From an uncultured Candidatus Binatia bacterium (GTDB lineage: Bacteria; Desulfobacterota; Binatia; UBA9968; JAJDTQ01), in assembly GCA_965215605.1 (NCBI GenBank), contig CBDCDX010000001.1:1-50301 (forward strand): a DNA stretch of 50,301 nucleotides, in the 5' to 3' direction. Each line of letters begins with the position of its first letter. Position 1 is the first letter of the stretch. The notes under the pieces are model-generated. The model had not been told where the DNA came from. It made no database searches and worked only from the letters and a program-made list of their open reading frames with translations. Below, in pieces: positions 18,789 through 28,091 of the stretch. The position numbers and the translations under genes were made by a program.

Positions 18789-20948
18789 GTGAAGCCACGG
18801 CTCCAGAACCTTGTGTCCGAGCTTCGCGCGGACGTCGCGTCCGGGAAATCGGTTCCGGCAATCGCCGCCGGGCTCAGTTCAGGGCTGAGCCTGCTCGTCG
18901 CCTACGTTGCCTTCGGCACCGCCATCTACTCCGGTCCGCTGGCGCCCTACGCCTCCCAAGGCGTCGGCTTGGTGCTGTTCGGGACCTTCGCCTCCTGCCT
19001 CATCGTCGCCTTCACCGGCGGCTACCCCGGGGCCATCGCGGGATTGTCTCCCGCGCTGGTGATCGTCATGGCCTCGGTGGCCACCACGGTGGACGCGTAC
19101 GGCGCGGGACTGTTCGTCACCGCGGCTGTGGCGCTCATCATCAGCGCCATGGGCGCCGGAGTGGGCTGCCTCCTGATCGGATGGTTCAAGCTCGCCAACC
19201 TGGTGCGTTTCATTCCCTATCCCGTGGCCGGAGGATTCGTGGCGGGCATCGGCGGCGCGGTGTGCCTGGCCGCCCTGTCCCTGATGGGGGCTGGGCCGGG
19301 CGAGTCGCTCCCGGCGATGCTGGAGCCTTCCGTGTTGTGGGTATGGGCGCCCGGTGCGGCCTTCGGGATTGCGCTCTATCTCGTGATGAAGCGCTTGCGC
19401 AACGCGCTGATTCTGCCCCTCGGCGTGGTGTTGGCCGTGGGCGTTCATCACCTCGCCTTTGCCGCCATCAATCTCTCCGGCGACGAGGCGAGGGCGGCGG
19501 GCCTCTTGCTGACGGGCACCGCCGGGGGGCGCCTGTGGCCGGTCCTGGGGATGGCCGATCTGGCGCACGTGAACTGGGCCGCGATAGCCGGTCAGGCTCC
19601 CGAAATGCTGATCCTCGTGCTGATCGCTTTCATCTGCATCATCATGAACGTGGCGGGACTCGAACTGGCCCTCGATCAGGATCTGGACTGGGACGAGGAG
19701 TTCAAGGCGACGGGGTTCGCCAGCATGGTCAGCGGCCTGGGCGGCGGCACGGTGGCGACCCTGGTGGTGCCGGCCTCGCTGCGCAGCAAGCTCTTCGGGG
19801 CCGAGACCCGGCTCACCGGCATGGTCACGGCCGCCGTCATCGGGAGCGCGTTGTTCCTTGGCGACGGCATGCTGGAAGTCGTGCCGACGGCCATCGTGGG
19901 AGGGATTCTGATCTTTGCCGGCCTCGGCATGATGGACGAAGGCCTCGTGAGGAGCCGCAAGCGGCTCCCAGCTTCCGAATTCGGCATTATTCTCCTCATC
20001 TTCGTGGTCATCGTCACCCTCGGCTTGTTCGAGGGTGTGGCCGCCGGCATGCTGGCGACCCTCGTCTTCTTCGCGGTGCGGCTCAGCCGCGTGGACCCCA
20101 TCGAAGCCCGCTTCACCGTCCGCGAGCGCCGGAGCAACACGATCCGTTCCATACCCCAGCGCGCCATTCTGCTGGCGGAAGGGGAGCGCGTACATGCGTA
20201 CCGATTGTGCGGCTACATCTTCTTCGGCAGCGTCATCCCGCTGACGGATCGTCTCAGGGAGTCCCTGAGCGGCCCAGCGCGCGCCTCCTCGCTGATGCTG
20301 GACTTCACCGCGGTATCGGGCTTCGATTTCTCGGCGGTGAACACGCTTGGCAGGTTCTTTCAGGCGGCGGATGCAGCCGGGTTGAAGTTGGTGCTGAGCG
20401 GCGTGTCCGAGACCTTGAGGCTCGGTCTGGAGCGCAATCTGCCCGCAGCCGTGTTTGCCGGGCTGTTGTTCGAACCGGACGTCGAGCGCGGTCTCGAGCA
20501 TTGCGAGGAGTTCGTCATTGCGGCGTGGAAGGCGGACGAAGCCATGCCGGACGCCCGGCGCGCCGCCTTGCTGGAACGAACCGCGGACGATGTCGAGCGT
20601 TACCTGAAACGGCAGATACAGTTCGAGGATCTGATGGAAGAGCTGGGACGCTGGCTCACGCCCCGAGAATTCGGCGCGCAGGAGCCGCTGGCTGGGCCGG
20701 AAACGCCGCGGGACGGCCTGCAACTGCTGCTTTCCGGCCGGGCATCCGCCTACGATGCGGCCGGCGCGCGGCTCCGTCAATTCAGCCCTGGCGACGCGGT
20801 CTGGCCGGATGAGGACGCGCCGGTGGTGCTGGCGGACGAGCCGTGCCGGACCATGGTGCTGACTCCGGCTGACTGGGGCTGGTTGGAGGAGCACGAGCAG
20901 GCCGTAGCCCTCAACCTCTACCGCTACTTGCTCGCCGCGCGGCTCTAG
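18789..20948 (+). CDS. SulP family anion transporter with STAS and degenerate cNMP-binding domain
   Basis: LVRFIPYPVAGGF, multiple TMs, GYIFFGS/LDFTAVSGFDFSA STAS motif, beta-rich C-terminal domain; start uncertain (18765 or 18789). Confidence 0.88.
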   Translation: MKPRLQNLVSELRADVASGKSVPAIAAGLSSGLSLLVAYVAFGTAIYSGPLAPYASQGVGLVLFGTFASCLIVAFTGGYPGAIAGLSPALVIVMASVATTVDAYGAGLFVTAAVALIISAMGAGVGCLLIGWFKLANLVRFIPYPVAGGFVAGIGGAVCLAALSLMGAGPGESLPAMLEPSVLWVWAPGAAFGIALYLVMKRLRNALILPLGVVLAVGVHHLAFAAINLSGDEARAAGLLLTGTAGGRLWPVLGMADLAHVNWAAIAGQAPEMLILVLIAFICIIMNVAGLELALDQDLDWDEEFKATGFASMVSGLGGGTVATLVVPASLRSKLFGAETRLTGMVTAAVIGSALFLGDGMLEVVPTAIVGGILIFAGLGMMDEGLVRSRKRLPASEFGIILLIFVVIVTLGLFEGVAAGMLATLVFFAVRLSRVDPIEARFTVRERRSNTIRSIPQRAILLAEGERVHAYRLCGYIFFGSVIPLTDRLRESLSGPARASSLMLDFTAVSGFDFSAVNTLGRFFQAADAAGLKLVLSGVSETLRLGLERNLPAAVFAGLLFEPDVERGLEHCEEFVIAAWKADEAMPDARRAALLERTADDVERYLKRQIQFEDLMEELGRWLTPREFGAQEPLAGPETPRDGLQLLLSGRASAYDAAGARLRQFSPGDAVWPDEDAPVVLADEPCRTMVLTPADWGWLEEHEQAVALNLYRYLLAARL

Positions 20949-21117
20949 TGTGGTGTCGGGTTTATCAAGAATCTGCTGCGAGGCAGGGAAATGGGTCCAG
21001 TTCCGGTTGGATTTTCGTCCAATATTACCAATATTTTCCTCAAATCCGCCCGAAACTCGCCTTTCTCTGCCTCTCGCTACGATTCGATACGATTCGATAA
21101 AACCGACAGGCTCCTGG
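20945..21117. mobile_element. Family B MITE with chimeric ends
   Basis: Left end CTAGTGTGGTGTCGG (family A type, overlaps the SulP TAG); right end CCGACAGGCTCCTGG (family B type); internal 10-bp duplication TACGATTCGA. Confidence 0.85.
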
Positions 21118-21322
21118 GCCGGATCAAGTGCTGGAAGCCCGCGGAACCGGTCCGACGCCGGCGAGGCGTCGAAGTGATTCATTGGAAAGGAAGATCGGAC
21201 CCCCTGTGGTCCCGGCCCCTACCGCCGCAGAGACAGGCAGAAGGGGCCGGGAAGGCAGGATGCCGGGACAACGTGTCGGACGCGCAGCTCCCCCGAAACA
21301 GGCTGTGCGAACCGCCAGCCTC

Positions 21323-21778
21323 TCAGCAGGGAGTGGCGCAGTTCAGGATGACGACTGCGCTCGCGACGGGATACACGAGATTCGCCGTCGCTTGACCATC
21401 GCCTCCGGTACCCTGCAAAAGGCGCATGCCGAACGTTTCGGATTGCTCATCGACATCGGAATCGGCGTATGTCGTTACGGTGATCGTTTTCTCGGTGTCC
21501 GTGGGTGAGAAATAGAGCGAGCCGGAAACCGACTGGTAATCGGAACCGGCCGTCGCCGGCGGGTCGCCTGTGGGATAGGACTCGTACCTGATTTCTGCTT
21601 CACCGGCGGTTTTCTTCTTCACGATCACTTTCGCGTCCTTGCCCTCATTCGTGGAATAGGATGTCCGACTGAAGGAGATTTCGGGAAGGTCCGCGGCGGT
21701 AAGCGGAGACACCGGCAACAGCGACAGTCCCACGCCGACGACGATCCCGCGAAGCAGGTTGCAACTTGGTCCATTCAT
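21323..21778 (-). CDS. Secreted single Calx-beta domain protein, possibly the remnant of a larger adhesin
   Basis: Signal peptide; ISFSRTSYSTNEG, ATAGSDY, GSLYFSPTDTEKTITV, DSDVDEQSETF Calx-beta signature. Confidence 0.75.
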   Translation of the reverse strand: MNGPSCNLLRGIVVGVGLSLLPVSPLTAADLPEISFSRTSYSTNEGKDAKVIVKKKTAGEAEIRYESYPTGDPPATAGSDYQSVSGSLYFSPTDTEKTITVTTYADSDVDEQSETFGMRLLQGTGGDGQATANLVYPVASAVVILNCATPC

Positions 21779-21917
21779 TCTGGCAGTCCTCCTTTTCGAG
21801 TTTTACAGAGATATGCGCGACAGTAGCGGCCCCATGCCGTTTCCTCCACGCAGAAATATCAGAAACGGCGATTCATCGTCTGGAGCGAATGTATGTTGAG
21901 GAAAAGTTCTTGTCAAG

Positions 21918-22133
21918 GTGTACACGGAGGAGTTCAACTTCCCCGCTCTCCGCGAAGAGACCATCCCGCTCCCGCCTCGTGAACCCGATGGCTACCGACA
22001 TGTGCTGCGGCTTGGCACGACCGGTGGCGGGAAGACGACCCTCGTGCGGCAGGTCATCGGTACCGATCCCTCGGAGGAACGCTTCCCTTCAACGTCGACC
22101 TCCAAGACCACAATCCACCCCGTCCAGCACTGA
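21918..22133 (+). pseudogene. Fragment of a P-loop NTPase (dynamin/TRAFAC-like N-terminus)
   Basis: VLRLGTTGGGKTTLVRQ Walker A then RFPSTSTSKTT; stops at 71 aa, far too short for a full domain. Confidence 0.6.
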
Positions 22134-22486
22134 TCCAAGCGTTGTCAGGCCGGCGAGGCAATGCGGTGAGCACCTGTCGCGGGACCGTACGGGCTCCGAT
22201 CTTGGCGTCGCGCAGGCGTGGCTCATTGTGTTCTAGCTTGTAACTTTGTATGGGCTAACGGAACGCAGCGTTCGATGCGCGGTGGAAACATTTCCCTCGG
22301 ACTGGACCGGGCTTGATGAAGCGCGTGATGGTAGATCGGTATTGGAGGATCTGCGGGACAGACAGAGCCGCGCCAGGACGCGCGCAGACTGGAATGAATC
22401 CGCTTGCAGTCTGCCTCGACAAGGATCGAAACCCTCAGTGATCCTGCCGTTTGTAGTCGTAGAAACAACAATAATATCTGACGGTT

Positions 22487-24544
22487 ATGATTGATTCCCT
22501 AGGGCGCTACCTGGTCGGCGTGGACGTTGGCGGCACCTTCACCGACGTTACGGTGCTGGACCAGGAGACCGGTGGTATCCGTGAGGTGCGCAAGGTGCCG
22601 TCCAATCCCGCGGCGCCGTTGCAGGTGCTCGACGGCGTGCTGGCGGACCTGCGCGCGACGTGGGGCGCCGATGCGTTGTCGTATCTGCTCCACGGCTCCA
22701 CCCATGCGCTCAACACGGTGCTGGAGGAGAAGGGCAGCCGCACCGGCCTGCTCACCACACGCGGATTCCGCGACGTCTACGAGATCGCGCGCCAGTGGAA
22801 GGGCGAGGAGGTCTTCAATATTTTCTATCCCGGCGCCAAGCGGTTCGTGCCGCGACGCCGCGTGGCGGAAGTTTCGGAGCGGCTCGACAAGTCCGGCGCG
22901 GTTCTGGCGCCGCTGGACCTGGACGCCGTCGATACGGCCGTGGCCGGGCTCATGATGCAGGGCATCGAAGCGCTGGCCATCGCGTTCCTGTTCTCCTACG
23001 TGAACCCGGAACACGAGCGGTTGGCGGCGGCGCACATCCGTTCACGCTACCCGGATCTGTTCGTGTCGTTGTCGTCGGAGGTGAATCCGGTGTGGCGCGA
23101 ATACGAACGTACCGCCACCACCGTGCTGAACGCCTACCTCGGCCCGCGCATGGAGCAGTACTTCTCCGGCATGGAAGAGACCGTGCGGCGGCACTTCCCG
23201 GAGGCGCACGCCTTCCTGATGAAGTCCAACGGCGGCATCGGCGCGCCCCGGGCCATGGCCCGATTCCCGGTGCAGACGCTCATGTCCGGTCCGGTGGCGG
23301 GAGTGGTGGCGGCTCACGAACTGGGGGTGCGCAACGGCGTCCCGAACCTCATTTCGCTGGACATCGGCGGCACCAGCAGCGACATGTCGCTGATTTCGGG
23401 ACGGCCGCTGTACCGTACCGAGTGGCGCATCGGGCGCCATCCCGTGCGCGTGGACTCGGTGGAGGTGGAAAGCCTGGGCGCGGGCGGCGGCAGCTTGGCC
23501 CAGGTGCGTTACGGCAAGGTCCTCCAGGTTGGGCCGCAGAGCGCCGGGGCGGTTCCGGGGCCGGCCTGCTACATGCGCGGCGGCGACCGGCCCACGTTGA
23601 CCGACGCGCTGGTGCAGCTCCGGCACCTGAACCCCCGGACGCTGCTTCAAGGCGAGATGCCCATTGACGCGGCGCTGTCGGCCGCGGCCATCCGGCGGCA
23701 CGTGGCCGAGCCGCTGGACCTGTCGGAAGACGAAGCGGCCCTGGGAATCCTGCGTGTGCTGGTGGCCAATATCGTTGCCTCCATGCGCACCATCACCATC
23801 GAGCGCGGCTTCAACCCCGCGGACTTCGTGCTCGCGCCGTTCGGCGGCATGGGGCCGACGCTGGCCACCGCGGTGGCTTCATCGCTGGGCATCGGACGCA
23901 TTCTGGTTCCGGTGGATCCGGGCAACTTCAGCGCCTTCGGCATGCTGCTGTCCGACCTGCGTTCGGACGCCGTGACCACGCGGGTGGTGGCGCTCAGTCC
24001 GGAAACGCTGACCGGCTTGGTGGCGACGCTGCGCGAGATCGAGGATGCGGTGCGCCGGGAGCTCGCCTCCCAGGGACCGTCCGAGGACCGGATCCGTGTG
24101 GATTGGCTGCTGGACATGCGTTACCGCGAGCAGGCCTACGAGCTGACGGTCCCCATCGCCAAGGATCCCGCGAAGCTCAACGTGGACGAGATCTGCGAAC
24201 GGTTCGGCCAGGCCCATGAACAGCGCTACGGCCACCGGGCCGACGACGAGGTGGTGGAGGTGGTGAACCTGCGGGCGTCCGCTTACGCCTCGCTGGGGAA
24301 GCCGGAATTGTCGCCGGGCGAAGACACGGGCGCGCGGGAGCCCGCGGCGCGGGAGCGGCGCCGCACCGTCATGCTGGATGGCGTGCGCGACGCCCCGGTG
24401 TACCGCCGCGACGATCTGACTCCGGGCGCGGTACTGGATGGCCCGGTCATCGTCGAGGAGAAGACGTCCACCACGGTGGTGGAGCCGGGCTGGGCGCTGC
24501 GCGTCGACCCGGAGGGCAATCTGGATCTCACGCGCGCGACCTGA
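22487..24544 (+). CDS. Hydantoinase A/oxoprolinase family protein
   Basis: GVDVGGTFTD, GLLTTRGFRD, REYERTATT, MSGPVAG, DIGGTSSD, GAGGGS, GPQSAGAVPGPACY. Confidence 0.95.
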   Translation: MIDSLGRYLVGVDVGGTFTDVTVLDQETGGIREVRKVPSNPAAPLQVLDGVLADLRATWGADALSYLLHGSTHALNTVLEEKGSRTGLLTTRGFRDVYEIARQWKGEEVFNIFYPGAKRFVPRRRVAEVSERLDKSGAVLAPLDLDAVDTAVAGLMMQGIEALAIAFLFSYVNPEHERLAAAHIRSRYPDLFVSLSSEVNPVWREYERTATTVLNAYLGPRMEQYFSGMEETVRRHFPEAHAFLMKSNGGIGAPRAMARFPVQTLMSGPVAGVVAAHELGVRNGVPNLISLDIGGTSSDMSLISGRPLYRTEWRIGRHPVRVDSVEVESLGAGGGSLAQVRYGKVLQVGPQSAGAVPGPACYMRGGDRPTLTDALVQLRHLNPRTLLQGEMPIDAALSAAAIRRHVAEPLDLSEDEAALGILRVLVANIVASMRTITIERGFNPADFVLAPFGGMGPTLATAVASSLGIGRILVPVDPGNFSAFGMLLSDLRSDAVTTRVVALSPETLTGLVATLREIEDAVRRELASQGPSEDRIRVDWLLDMRYREQAYELTVPIAKDPAKLNVDEICERFGQAHEQRYGHRADDEVVEVVNLRASAYASLGKPELSPGEDTGAREPAARERRRTVMLDGVRDAPVYRRDDLTPGAVLDGPVIVEEKTSTTVVEPGWALRVDPEGNLDLTRAT

Positions 24545-24607
24545 GCCACGCGCCGGCAGATCAACCTGAAACAGCCAACTTGAAGAAGTGCGGCACGGAG
24601 GAAAGCC

Positions 24608-25570
24608 ATGAAGATTCTGATAACGGGCGGCATGGGAGTGAACGGCGCGGTAACCGCGAGGCACTTGGTCCGGGACGGCGTGCGTCCGGTGCTCATGGAC
24701 AACCGCATGGACACTTCCCTGATCTCGGACATCGAAAAGGACGTGGACCTGGTGATCGGGGACATCCTGGACCCGGAGGGCCTGGACAAGATCATCGTCG
24801 ACAACGGGATCACCCACGTGGCCCATCTGGCGGCGCTGATGCCCATTCCGGCGGAGACGGATCCGGCCCTGGGCATCAAGGTCGGCGTGGATGGAACCCT
24901 CAATGTGCTTGAGATCGCGCGGCATCGGGGGCTCGAGCGTGTGGTGTTCACCAGCTCCAAGGCGGTGTACGGCGAGATCAGCGGGCGGCATGCCTACCCC
25001 GAGTACGTGCCTGTGGACGAGGGTCATCCGCAACACCCGGCGGACCTCTACGGCACCATCAAGGTGTGCTGCGAGACCCTGTGCACCTACTACCAGAAGA
25101 AATACGGCGTCAGCTCGGTGGTGCTGCGCTTCGGCTCCATCTACGGTCCCGGCAAGGAGGTGCGTCACGGCGCGCTGTCGCTCTACGGCCAGATGATTGA
25201 GAAGGTCATGGCCGGCGAGGGCTTCGCGGGGGAGGGTGGCGACCAGTCCAACGAGGCGCTCTACGTAGGCGACGTGGCCCGCTCCATCATCCTGGGCCTG
25301 CAGGTCAAGGACCCCGCCGAGCGCACCTTCAACATCGGCACCGGCGTGGGCGTTACTCTCCACGACTTCAAGCGCGTCCTGGGGGAACTCTATCCCGACA
25401 GCAGGATCGAGATCAGCGCGGGGTTGGAATTCCGCATGACGGCGAAGAAGAGCTACTGCATTTTCGACATCGGCAAGGCCAGGGAACACCTGGGCTTCAC
25501 CCCAGCCTACGACCTCGAAGCGGGCATCAAGGACTACATCGCCACCATCGAACGGCTGAGGCCGCGGTAG
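24608..25570 (+). CDS. NAD-dependent epimerase/dehydratase (extended SDR)
   Basis: ITGGMGVNG, TSSKAVYG, YGTIK (YxxxK), IYGPG. Confidence 0.93.
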   Translation: MKILITGGMGVNGAVTARHLVRDGVRPVLMDNRMDTSLISDIEKDVDLVIGDILDPEGLDKIIVDNGITHVAHLAALMPIPAETDPALGIKVGVDGTLNVLEIARHRGLERVVFTSSKAVYGEISGRHAYPEYVPVDEGHPQHPADLYGTIKVCCETLCTYYQKKYGVSSVVLRFGSIYGPGKEVRHGALSLYGQMIEKVMAGEGFAGEGGDQSNEALYVGDVARSIILGLQVKDPAERTFNIGTGVGVTLHDFKRVLGELYPDSRIEISAGLEFRMTAKKSYCIFDIGKAREHLGFTPAYDLEAGIKDYIATIERLRPR

Positions 25571-25798
25571 GGGTTCAGATTCTTCGGCTTTGAACGGGTC
25601 CGCCGAGGCACTGGGTTGGGGCGTCCGTCAAACGATTCGCATGTGACACGCACGCGCAGTCGCAGTCCCGGTCCAGTGCGGTGACTTGGAAAAACGGGCT
25701 CCGGTGGTGCGATCCGGAACTCCATCGGTCCCGTCTTGCAGCATCGCGGCCATCCGGTCCGGCATGGCTGGAGTTCAGCGCATGGGAAGCGTCGCGGA

Positions 25799-26899
25799 CT
25801 ACGCCGCCCCCTGCCGTTCCAGGATGTGGGCCATGTCCACCTTGGCGCCGGAGCGGCCGCAGGCGTCCACGAAGAGCTGGATGACGTCCTCGTCTTCGTC
25901 CTCGTGCTCGATCTGCCAGCCGCCCTGGTTCAGGGGGACGTCGGACTGGATGGGGCCGGGGACGAGCTTGAACATGCGGCTGAGCATCTTGAGGGCCAGG
26001 TAGCGGGCGGGTTGGGGGCCGGAGTTGAAGTGCTGGTGGAACCAGCCTTCGGGGGGCACGACGAGGGAGCCGGGCTTCCAGATGAACTGCTGCTTCTCCT
26101 CGCCCTCGGGCCACATTAGCGAATAGCCCTCGCCGGACAGGATCATCACGTGGGCGCCGGGGCCGTGCCGGTGAGCCTTCTTGTAGCGTCCCACCGGGAA
26201 CTCGGAGACATGGGCGCCCATGTGGCTGTTCACCAGCTCGAAGAACACGGTGCGGCTTCCCTTGCCGCGGGCCTCCCAGGCGATGGGCTCGATGTTGGCC
26301 ACATCGGGAATGAAATTGGTTTCCAGCACACGGTCGTTGTAGAGACGCGCGTGGCCGCGAAAGTCCTGGTCGTCATCGAACCGGTCCCTGAAGGTGAAGG
26401 GATTGTTCATGACGAATTCTTCGTTGTGGAAGATGTTGTAGACCAGCGGCGCGTTGGTGACGCCCAGGAGCCTGGCCTCCCGGTCGCCCGAGCCGTTGAA
26501 GTGCTGGTAGGTGGCGTTCACCGGGATGGCGAAGAGGCTTCCCTCCTGCCACTCGAAGCTCTGTCCCTTGCCGTTGCTCTGCCACAGCGTGGTCGCGCCG
26601 CGGCCGGCCAGCACGTAGACGAGTTCGTCGTAAATGTGCTTTTCCGGGTTGAGGCTCTTGCCCGGCGGGATCGAAACCACGAAGGCATCGTCCAGATAGC
26701 CGGCTCCTTCCAGGTTGATGTAGACTCCGTGGCCGCCCTTGCGGTCCCACCACTTCATCGGCACGTCCTTGAGGTCCTCGACGAAGTAGCCCCGGATCAC
26801 GTCCACCCCCTGGGACACCACCCAGCGGTCGTAAGGCGTGTCCATCACTTCCGCGTTCCGATCCACGCGCTCGAAGTTGCCCAGGCTTTCGATCTTCAT
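25799..26899 (-). CDS. Bicupin protein (gentisate 1,2-dioxygenase-like)
   Basis: Two cupin motifs (KHIYDELVYVLAGRG...QHFN; AHRHGPGAHVMILSGEG...HQHFN); RBS GGAG before ATG 26899. Confidence 0.88.
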   Translation of the reverse strand: MKIESLGNFERVDRNAEVMDTPYDRWVVSQGVDVIRGYFVEDLKDVPMKWWDRKGGHGVYINLEGAGYLDDAFVVSIPPGKSLNPEKHIYDELVYVLAGRGATTLWQSNGKGQSFEWQEGSLFAIPVNATYQHFNGSGDREARLLGVTNAPLVYNIFHNEEFVMNNPFTFRDRFDDDQDFRGHARLYNDRVLETNFIPDVANIEPIAWEARGKGSRTVFFELVNSHMGAHVSEFPVGRYKKAHRHGPGAHVMILSGEGYSLMWPEGEEKQQFIWKPGSLVVPPEGWFHQHFNSGPQPARYLALKMLSRMFKLVPGPIQSDVPLNQGGWQIEHEDEDEDVIQLFVDACGRSGAKVDMAHILERQGAA

Positions 26900-26993
26900 G
26901 CTTGTTCTCCAGGTCGTGCGACTCGGCTCGCCCGCCGACAACCGCCAGACGCGCCGTGCGCCTGCCATGAGCTTGCCAGCGGGCTCCGGACGA

Positions 26994-27009
26994 CTAGTGT
27001 GGTGTCTGG
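26994..27009. mobile_element. Solo family A MITE end remnant
   Basis: CTAGTGTGGTGTCTGG exact 16-mer in intergenic DNA. Confidence 0.7.
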
Positions 27010-27062
27010 ATCCCGTGCTTCAGTGGGTAGCGAGGCGCAGGCGAGGGGCGTGGACGGCCGCG

Positions 27063-28091
27063 CTATGGCCTTGGTTCGGCGGCGGACATGCCGGCGTCCG
27101 CTGGCGCTGGCGCCAATTCAGCAGCGCGCGCCGCTTGTACGTCGCCTGCCGGCGCGTTCTCCGCCGGCGCATCGTCCACCGCTGGCGCATCTGCCGGTTC
27201 GGCGCCTGCCGGCATGGCGCCCACCTGTGCGCTCGCGAGGTGCCGGAACAGCCGCGACTCTTCCGACAGGATCGCGGTGCTCTTCTCCGGCAGGAACTTC
27301 TCGTAGGCTTCGAGGCTGCGGACGAAGCCGTAGAATTCGGGGTCCTGTCCGTAGGAGGTCGCGTAGATGGCCGTGGCCTCGCCGTCGCCCTCGCCGCGCA
27401 GCGTCTGGCTCTCGCGGTAGGCTTCTGCCAGAAGAATGGTCTTTTCCTTGTTGGTCTGGGCGCGGATCTTCTTGGACTCCTCCTCGCCCTCGGATCGGTA
27501 GCGCTTGGCGATGCGCTCGCGCTCCGCGCGCATGCGCTCGAACACGCTCATCTGGACCTCCGAGGGGAGGTCCGCGCGTTTCACCCGGACATCCACTACG
27601 GTTACGCCGTACTCACTCCTGGCCTTCTCGGCCGAACGCTTGGCTACCGCCTCCATGGCGGCTTCCCGCTGGTCCGCGATAATGTCGGCGAAGTTGCGCG
27701 ATGCCAGTTCCTGGCGCAGTTCGGAGAACACGATGTCGTCGAGCAACAATCTCCCACGCTGCTCGGTCAGCGCGGTCTTGAAGAACTGGAAGGGGTCGCT
27801 GATGCGCCAGCGGGTCACGTGGTCCACGATGACGCGCTTCTTGTCCAGGGTCAGATAGTCCCGGGGCTGGGCGTCACTGGCGAGGATACGCCGCTCGTAC
27901 ATGGTGACGGCTTCCACCAGCGGTGTCTTCCAGTGGAGTCCGGGCTCCTGAACCGCGCGCTTGAACTTGCCGAACTGGGTGACGATGGCCTGCTGCCACT
28001 CGCCCGCGACGAAGAACGGGCGCACGGGCGGGAACAGCAGCACCACCACGATGGCCCCGACGAGGATGCCGGTGACGTAAGAACGGTTCAT
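27063..28091 (-). CDS. hflC: FtsH protease modulator HflC
   Basis: SPFH domain; LTLDKKRVIVD, RMRAERERIAKRYRSEG, GEGDGEA, DPEFYGFVRSLEAY; Ala/Pro-rich tail. Confidence 0.95.
   Translation of the reverse strand: MNRSYVTGILVGAIVVVLLFPPVRPFFVAGEWQQAIVTQFGKFKRAVQEPGLHWKTPLVEAVTMYERRILASDAQPRDYLTLDKKRVIVDHVTRWRISDPFQFFKTALTEQRGRLLLDDIVFSELRQELASRNFADIIADQREAAMEAVAKRSAEKARSEYGVTVVDVRVKRADLPSEVQMSVFERMRAERERIAKRYRSEGEEESKKIRAQTNKEKTILLAEAYRESQTLRGEGDGEATAIYATSYGQDPEFYGFVRSLEAYEKFLPEKSTAILSEESRLFRHLASAQVGAMPAGAEPADAPAVDDAPAENAPAGDVQAARAAELAPAPADAGMSAAEPRP

Noticed and set aside
22246-22494. 82-aa ORF overlapping the hydantoinase A start
   Set aside because: TTG start, no RBS, atypical codon usage, no motif
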